A stretch of DNA of 56,699 bases, the filler included, from Catajapyx aquilonaris (Eukaryota): the NCBI GenBank assembly GCA_000934665.2. It is 2 parts of 2 records of this genome, joined end to end, with 100 filler letters (N's around TTAATTAATTAA, not from the genome) between each part and the next. Parts side by side here need not be neighbours in the genome. Positions count along the whole stretch, not along the records: positions 28,406 to 56,699 come from JYFJ02004936.1; 1 more part is not named here. One strand, given 5' to 3'. Of this stretch, positions 49,001 to 56,699 are shown piece by piece. Numbering within the stretch: the first letter of the stretch is position 1; each line of letters opens with the position of its first letter. Made by a program: the position numbers and the translations under genes. The notes under the pieces were generated by a model that was given only the letters and a program-made list of their open reading frames with translations, made no database searches and was not told where the DNA came from.

Positions 49001-52000
49001 ACGGTCCTAAAGGCGTCGAGGGTTCAGCATGCCTGAGATTAATCTAATGGAAGGAGGCGAAAAAAGAGCTGCATTAGCAGTTAGGAGAAGTAGCTTTTAT
49101 CGCAGAATGTGGCAGAGCCACACGCCTTCTGTAATCACAAGACCCAACAATTTAAAGCCGCAATCAAGGAATAGGAGAGTACAAAGGAAATTCTCGTGTT
49201 TGTGTTAGCCTTGAGATTGCCCTAGAGTTGTAAGATGGGGGAAGGTTTCTTCAAGTTAGAAAAAAAAAATACAGGCGTTTCCCTGTCAGCTGTTTGGAGC
49301 CTTTTTCAAATTTGGAGGATGGGCACCCCTGATGACAACCGACAGCAACTTTTCTACTTTCAAAAAAAAAAATGGCTTTATCTTATAAATTAAATTAGTG
49401 ACATATTCACACCCTTCACATATCTACAAATCTAAATGGAACTCCTGAGTTTTCTACCAATCAGAAGTCTTCAAACTTTCTGTGCCAAATTGTATATGGA
49501 ATTTCTACGACACTTTGTGTGTTAGGTGTGAATGCAAGGGAGCGGCCATAGTGTAGATAGAGGCTGGTCTGGACGGCGGCGCAAATGGGCTTATCGGCAA
49601 AACTGGTTTTTCTCCATTCGGTGGGCGCCAGCCAGATTAGGGGTCGAGCCTAGCCACCAGTCTGATTCACAACCACAACAACCACTACATAATCTGTGCA
49701 TTAAACCTCAGATTGGCATCGTGTATGGCCAAGTGATAAACTAGCCAGAAGGAAGCCATTTTCAGGCCTGCCCCATGTCACCCTCGTTATTTGAGTGAGA
49801 AAAAGAAGCTTGCGTACCTTCTTACTGTGGATTGACATGCGTGTAATTATTCTGTACTCCTGGCCACAACAAATATATTCTGAGCAGGGTTAATAAGCGG
49901 CTTCAAATCGCGACTGTCAGGTTACTGACAAGCTGCTAGGTTGGAATCTCCCCGCTGACTTGCGAACATGGCGAAACATGTGTACGTTTCCTGGATATGT
50001 TAGGAAGGTATAAAAAAAAGGGCGTCTTGCAATTAACACCTGAAAATGACGGCTGAGAACTCCTGCAGAGAAGATATCTCTTAAAAACATGGCTGTGTTT
50101 TTCTACTCAGCTCTTATTAGGGTGGAACATGTTGCTCGAATTTAATATCAACCTTATCTGATTTCTGTAGCAAATAACATCCATTGGAGCTCAGCAATGG
50201 ATGAGATCCCAGCCGGATCCTTTTTCCAGGGCAATGAAATTACTATTGTTTGGACCGTGATTGAATGCGATTGGGGCGAGGCGATTAGGGCCTTGTGGAA
50301 ATTCTTCTAAATTCCCTTGATGCCCAGAATCATTTGTCTATCGGCTGAGAGATGAGCCTTGTGTGAGCATTCGGCTCATTTGTTCCTGTCTTCAACTCAC
50401 TGATTAAACCTTGCTCTCCGCCCATTCATTTCCATGTAAGCGATTAACTCCAATTACTACTTATAACGTCAGGTTACACGCATCGTGATTCCATAGAGGA
50501 AATACAGGCGGATCAGCGACATTTTTTCGAATAGTTCCACCACCCATCCACCCGAGGCGCTGTGTCCACCCCATTGCGAATGCGCAGAACGGGGGCCAAT
50601 CGGAAGCGTCGCGGTGACAATATGCGGCATAACCATACAACTAAGGATTTTAATATTATAGAAACAGATTTGACCCCCTTGGAAGTAGCCTTGAGAAAGC
50701 GGCAAATGTGAAAACCGCTTGATTGCTGAGCAGCTATGCTAGGATGAGTGAACACAAATGAGGTGAACCTGAAGGGCAAGCCCAATAGCTTCCATCCACT
50801 ATTAATATGGAGGCAGAAGATGGAGCTGTCGCAGACCCTGTGGGACTCCAGGCCCCTTACGCCAGGGGGCCATGGCCGTCTCAAAGGAAAGCTCATCACA
50901 GTGGCGGTTTCTTTAGTTGGCCCGCCTCTATCACAACCATCCATACACACATATGAAACAGCAAAAAAAATACGATCAATGTAATATGTTTCCATTACTT
51001 CGCTCTAGATGGTTACAAGACGCTATGTAATTGAATACAAGTGGTGACCCCCAGAGGCCCTTCGTGATGGCGATGTAGTTGAGCGGTCAAACTTGCAAGA
51101 GAGGTTATTTCTCATTTTGTTGTTAAGAAGTTACAGATGTGCATCGGGAGGCAGCTTGCTTTTCGTGTTCTACAAGGCCGCCCTTTAGTCAGCCGGCCCA
51201 GCACTGACGATTGTCATATTCCCATTCGTCACTGGCCCGTTTGTTTCGAAATAAAAAAATTTGGACGTAGCAAAGCCTGATAACAGGAGAGATAAGTGGG
51301 AAATGGGAGAGAAGTGAAACTTCGAGACGGGGGTCAGTCATGATAAAAAGATGTTGGCTCGAAAGGGTGGAAACGTGGAGCAGGTTCATTTGTTGTTGTG
51401 AAATGATCGGCGAAATCGGTACCGCTGAACCATCTATTCATGTTGGACGTCACGCCGAAGGGAGGGTCAGTGGCGGTGTGACGGAGAGTGACGTGGGGGG
51501 AAGGGATGGGAGAAAATACTATTGATGACTAAAAGTAACTGCTTAAAACAAGCAGGTTAGTGCCATAAAATCGCTGGTCACTAAGAGTGTTTCAAATGAA
51601 TTCACTGGATGTGGTTTTATGCTGATATAACAGGTGTAAACCTCCAAAATTGATGTCTTGTTATTTTTCATATAAACAGGTATGGGATGGTTTTTGAATA
51701 AATTCATGTGTTAAGTGTTTATCAATAAAACTCAAACACGCATGCTTATCCAGATTAAAATATGTCAGTAACGTTTATAAAAAATATATAATTAAGAATA
51801 AATTTCGTAATAAAAACCACGCGACATAGTTACAGTATAGTTCCTATTAACAGTTTGTTTCTCACAAGGTATTGTATTTGGTCAAAAAATAATAAGATAC
51901 AATGATACGTGACTGAAACTGTGCAGGAAGAAGTGGCGGTAAACAATTTTCACCACAATTATAAAATACCGTTGCGTTAATTAATTAATTAGACAAGGAA

Positions 52001-55000
52001 CATGGTCAGTCGAGGGCAAAACCATTACTAAAAGTTATTAAATTTATTGCAATAATTGCTCTCTTAATTTTTACTTTTCTGCGGGACATTTATATTATTT
52101 TAGGCACAAAAGATGCACTAATAATAATAAAATTAATCCAGGCAAGGTGAGGCCTATTTCAGTAAGAATGATTCCGTTGATATCCTCCGGTTTAGTTATG
52201 CCTATTACCTAACGTTTCGATAAAACACGAAATAACATCTGAATATTTTGTTCATCATCATATCGTCACATTGACACTATTTTCGCACCTTGATGAGGTA
52301 ATCGAGCATGCAGAGAGAGTCATGCTGCATTGATCACTTGTGTTAGGAATGGTTCAGGTAAGTTCAATATTTATGCCATTCCTCTCGGTGATGCCGAGTC
52401 ACCCCTGGCTAATTGTGAAATTGATAGAGCGAAACAAGTTATTTTCTTTTAAATATTTGCTGTATGTAAGAATCAGCCCCTATGTCAACAAGCCTTATCT
52501 CCGCTTTTACATGATTTCTTGCGAAAAACTCTATCTGTTCAGGAAAATACAAGGGTTAGAATGAAGCAAGATTTCTGCAATTGCAGATTTGGCATATCAA
52601 AAAACATACACCAGTAGGCCTATATCTTCCAATTCCAGAAAAAAAGATACAAAAATATTTGACAGGTTTCCAAAATTTCCTGCCAGAAATCCCATGCAAT
52701 TTTGTCATTTGACACAGTGTACAACAGATACCCCATAAATGTACAGTACATCTCAATAGGCCTATTAGGTGAAAGCAAAAATTAGGAGGAAATGTCCGCT
52801 TATGTTGGCTTATGTACCGCGAATACCTTTCAGTTCCCTAATTTTCTACAATGCAACTGGTCTTAAGTTGACCTTAAGTTGACCTTATTTTAATTACGAA
52901 ATTCAGTAACGCGTACGCACCATTTGAGCTAAAAAAATTGAGGTGGTGATTTCAGATGATTTTATTTCTTTTTCCTCACGACCTGCACTCTGACATATGC
53001 AATACGTTAGGTAGCCACCAGTGCTTATCTAATTTTATTTGTCATGGAAAAGTTACATCAATTTCACTGTGCGTGTCACACATGAAATTATGTGGCTCAT
53101 TACGGGCACACAACCATTCTACATTGCATAAAAGTAAGTGAACCAGTTTGTTTTATAGTGTCTTTGTTCCATGCACCTTTTCACATTCCTGTACCTCCAC
53201 AACTGATGTGTCACAACGTAGCCTACACACATGGAGTGGAAGACAACTATGACAACGATGTCACTTACAACATTATTCCGGGCAACCCTTCAATTGTAAA
53301 TCAGGAATGATCTGAGAGTGACACAGTGAATTGCAATAATTCACAATTTCGTAAGATTTTCTCCATAAGGACACGCCAAATTTTGCCATTAATGTCTAAC
53401 TATTTCTAATGCAAGAGTGTGACACAGCTAAATGACCAAAAGCACACCTTCAGCACAAAGGCTGACTCGACGTATTTCGAGGGTCTTTGGCTGACTCATG
53501 CCCGGTTCCCAAATCTTTCAACTGCACATTAACAGCTAGCTTGTTTCAGTTATACCTGTAGTTCTTAACGGCAAATTAAAGCCAATTAATTAATTAGGTT
53601 GGAGAAACCGGGCTTGAATCTCATTGTGTCAGAGGGTGATGTAGTGGCCATCTTCTGAAATCTTCAATATTATTTCATAATTATTCCACCTTTTAATTAA
53701 CGTGTGGGGGACGAATCAGTTGAATCGTATTTCCTGGCTATATATCACACTGTTCTCTTTCCTAGATCTATCTCCGGTCATAAAATAGATGATGCGAAAT
53801 AAAGTAGACGCGTCATGACTTCTGCTATAGTGACATAACCCGATTTCTCAAATGTGTAATACAAGTTGCCAAATGTGACATTAGAAGTGAAATTACGTGA
53901 TCATTATTTTATGCTGTAACCACTGCTGAACTAACTTGTACCTTTGGCATAAAGTGACGATGCATTATATAATTATGGAAAATACATCAACTAGTTACTT
54001 TTGCTTCTGCAGCGCACACCATATGGGGACGCTCCTTCAAGAATGACATTTGCATGCCATTAATAATATGATGAGATGCAAGATAATCACTATAACAGAG
54101 TAATGGTCAAAATGATACTCTCATCTATAATAGTTTTAAAAATGGATGTGCGGATTTTATGCATTATGTTCCACTAGAAATATCCGCAGTGCTGCGTCGC
54201 GTTTTTTGCTGTATAACCTTATTAATACTTAGTTCTATCTAGTAATGAGTTGTATGGAATATCAAAAACACCTGCTAGTATTCGGTTGAATGGAAGCCTT
54301 CAGTCACTAATTGCCCATTTTGGCCCAAGAATGGTTCGGACCATTCATCAAAGCCTAAATCATCTGCAGTTGTTTAAAAGGAGGCGCGAATTCGAGATTA
54401 TATTATAGCATAATATTTTTAATAATCTAATGTAGCTGCACCATAGACACTTCAGAAAAAAAGGAGATTATCGCCAAAAATATTTTACCACTATACGAAT
54501 TTCAGTTGGAACATAATATTCTACGCAAGTGGAAACAACAAAGTACAATCACATTTCTCCTATAGAGTGATGCCAAAATTTGAAAAAAAATGTGCAATTA
54601 CGGCACCCTCGGGTGAATTACACTGCACCCATACACACATATAAAATAGTTTTGTTCTGCCTATTATCTTCGTGGAAGCTGCATATACGTCAGAAACGGA
54701 GCGGGAAGAAGTATGAATTGGTTAAAAATACATCATATCTAATGTTGCGATTCAGCATTACAATGGCTCAGGCTCAGGACCATTTCACGGAAAAAAAATA
54801 AGAGCAGGTTCCATACTTTGTTTGTAAGGAGTTAGTAAAAGAAGTGGGCGGAGGGGATAGTTTGCGGATAATTCGAAAGGGTGCATAGAGGCATTCAAAA
54901 ATTACATGTGGCAGGCCAGGCGTAAAACAGCATTTTGTATATATGGTAGTTGCATATAGAAAGTAGGTGTCAATAGAATACCATGCTTGTACAGTACACA

Positions 55001-56699
55001 AAACATGGATTCTTGATCACTTGATGTGTCACGTATATAGTACATCCAAATTCACAACATGCAAAACGACAGTGCATTATTTATATTGTCTTACTTTTTG
55101 TTTCAAGTCAATGATTTTTTTCTGCACTTGTCTGGGCAATTTAATCAATTTGGTTAGTCCCTATTGCGGCAATACTAACAAGCCCAATGGGAAAGCAATG
55201 TGGCTTCCCTGGTGATTGGGTGAATTGGTGGCAGTGATCAATGGCAATTACCTACCGCTATATGCTAAGGATAATAAAGCAGCCTCGTTAGCCTGTTGTG
55301 GTCGTGAGTCAACTCAAGTGCATAACGACGTCTCATGTAATCCAGTGCACTGCAGAAATAGTCCAATATTGGCTCATTATTTTTTAGTAGTCTCGCGATG
55401 CACCAAATTTAGAATAGGCAATTTGGTGTTACTGCATGAATGCGTCCAACTTTGCCTGCATAGGGCTAGTAATTACCTATAGTAGGAATTGTCATTTACT
55501 CAAACTACTATAAACGACAATATGATGCTTTATAATATGGCAATGGTGTCATTCTTATTAGCTCGTTTATTATAATTTTATAAATTATTCGCCTGTGATT
55601 TAAATAAAATAGCAGCAGATATTGTGATGCCACTCGTAAATAGGAAAATGTTTGATAATATTTTCAGCAGCTCAGTGGATGCTGTAATTTAGTCATACAC
55701 ATAATGAAATTAACATATTTGCAGTACATAAAATTGGGTTATGACAACACTGTATGGCATTCAATATTGCAGTTAAAATTCAAGCATACATGAAATAATA
55801 TTTGCCAAATCGTTCGCATAAGTTTTGTCCAATATTAATGTATTGTTAAATGTTATATTACTGGCACCATTGCATATTAACTTTTAAAATGTAAAAAGTA
55901 CATGGTGCAATATAAACACTAAATGAACCAACATGAAGTGAAACAATTATTTTTCCTTGCTGCTAGATGTAGCAGATAAAATATAAAACAATCTAATAAC
56001 TGAGATTATTGAAAACGCTAGTGACGTCAATTAGGCCTACTTATAAATATGATTTCTCATATGGCTGTCAAAATAGCGTGCATTATTATAATATTATATT
56101 TTATAATATATAAAGGTAACTCTACTAAACCACACACCACAAGCTTTCCATAAGTAGCATAAGCTTACTGTTTGACTGGAGACTAAGCCAATATCTCATG
56201 CTCTATTTCCCAACATCACTCAATCTCCTATTACTTTCAAATCGTCCATTTGTACAAATACACATCAGATATTGCCCTTTGAAGAGTTGACTGACTTTTC
56301 CATTCCCCTTACCAACAAATGTCGACTTTGACAAAACCCAATCTAACAGATCTGCCACTGCAAAATGTGTGGCAGTTAACCAATAATAAATTCAGTAGGC
56401 TCCGGTCAGTCCAGTATGACATCCTAAATCGTGTTTTTTCTCCCCGATATCAACGCATAATACCTGTATCAGCCTTCCCAGAATGCTATCAGATCACGGT
56501 ATCTCAACCCACTATTATGATGGGGGAAACTGCAAATAACACATTCACCTCTAGTAATCTGCCACATGAGGGACTGCCGCGAGCCAAATCGTTCAGTCTG
56601 AACCAAGATGGATAAACAGGGTATGGTGGCAAAACTGGGGCCGTTTTCCCTCTAGCGGGGTGTGAGTGTGAAGTAAGGTCTGGCCGCCAGAGGCGCAGC

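Noticed and set aside
50469..50995. 160-aa and overlapping ORFs
   Set aside because: No recognisable domain, coding-like composition or compatible splice structure

Overview
Animal (most likely non-dipteran arthropod) genomic DNA with spliceosomal introns; no prokaryotic features and no CRISPR array. An artificial 100-nt spacer (44 N + TTAATTAATTAA + 44 N, 28306-28405) splits the window, so the two halves may not be adjacent in the genome. Right half: a complete aristaless/Arx-family homeobox gene on the minus strand (4 coding exons, ~346 aa, paired-class Q50 homeodomain + OAR). Its long introns contain MITEs, foldbacks and satellites, and its 3'UTR is dense in conserved miRNA seed matches, including three for miR-184. 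Left half: (i) an apparently intact 15-exon, ~997-aa insulysin/nardilysin-like (M16A) gene whose zinc-binding residues are replaced (HxxEH to RFVEH, distal Glu to Gln), i.e. a likely pseudopeptidase, possibly with an extra unknown C-terminal domain; (ii) a frameshifted Tudor-domain gene remnant; (iii) the last exons of an unidentified plus-strand gene; (iv) many mobile elements, including a tRNA-derived SINE split by a THAP/P-element-like transposon with both target-site duplications intact, an inverted Academ-like remnant, mariner and Tigger MITEs, and several long foldbacks. Gene models were built by eye from splice signals, phase compatibility and recalled family motifs; no database searches were run.
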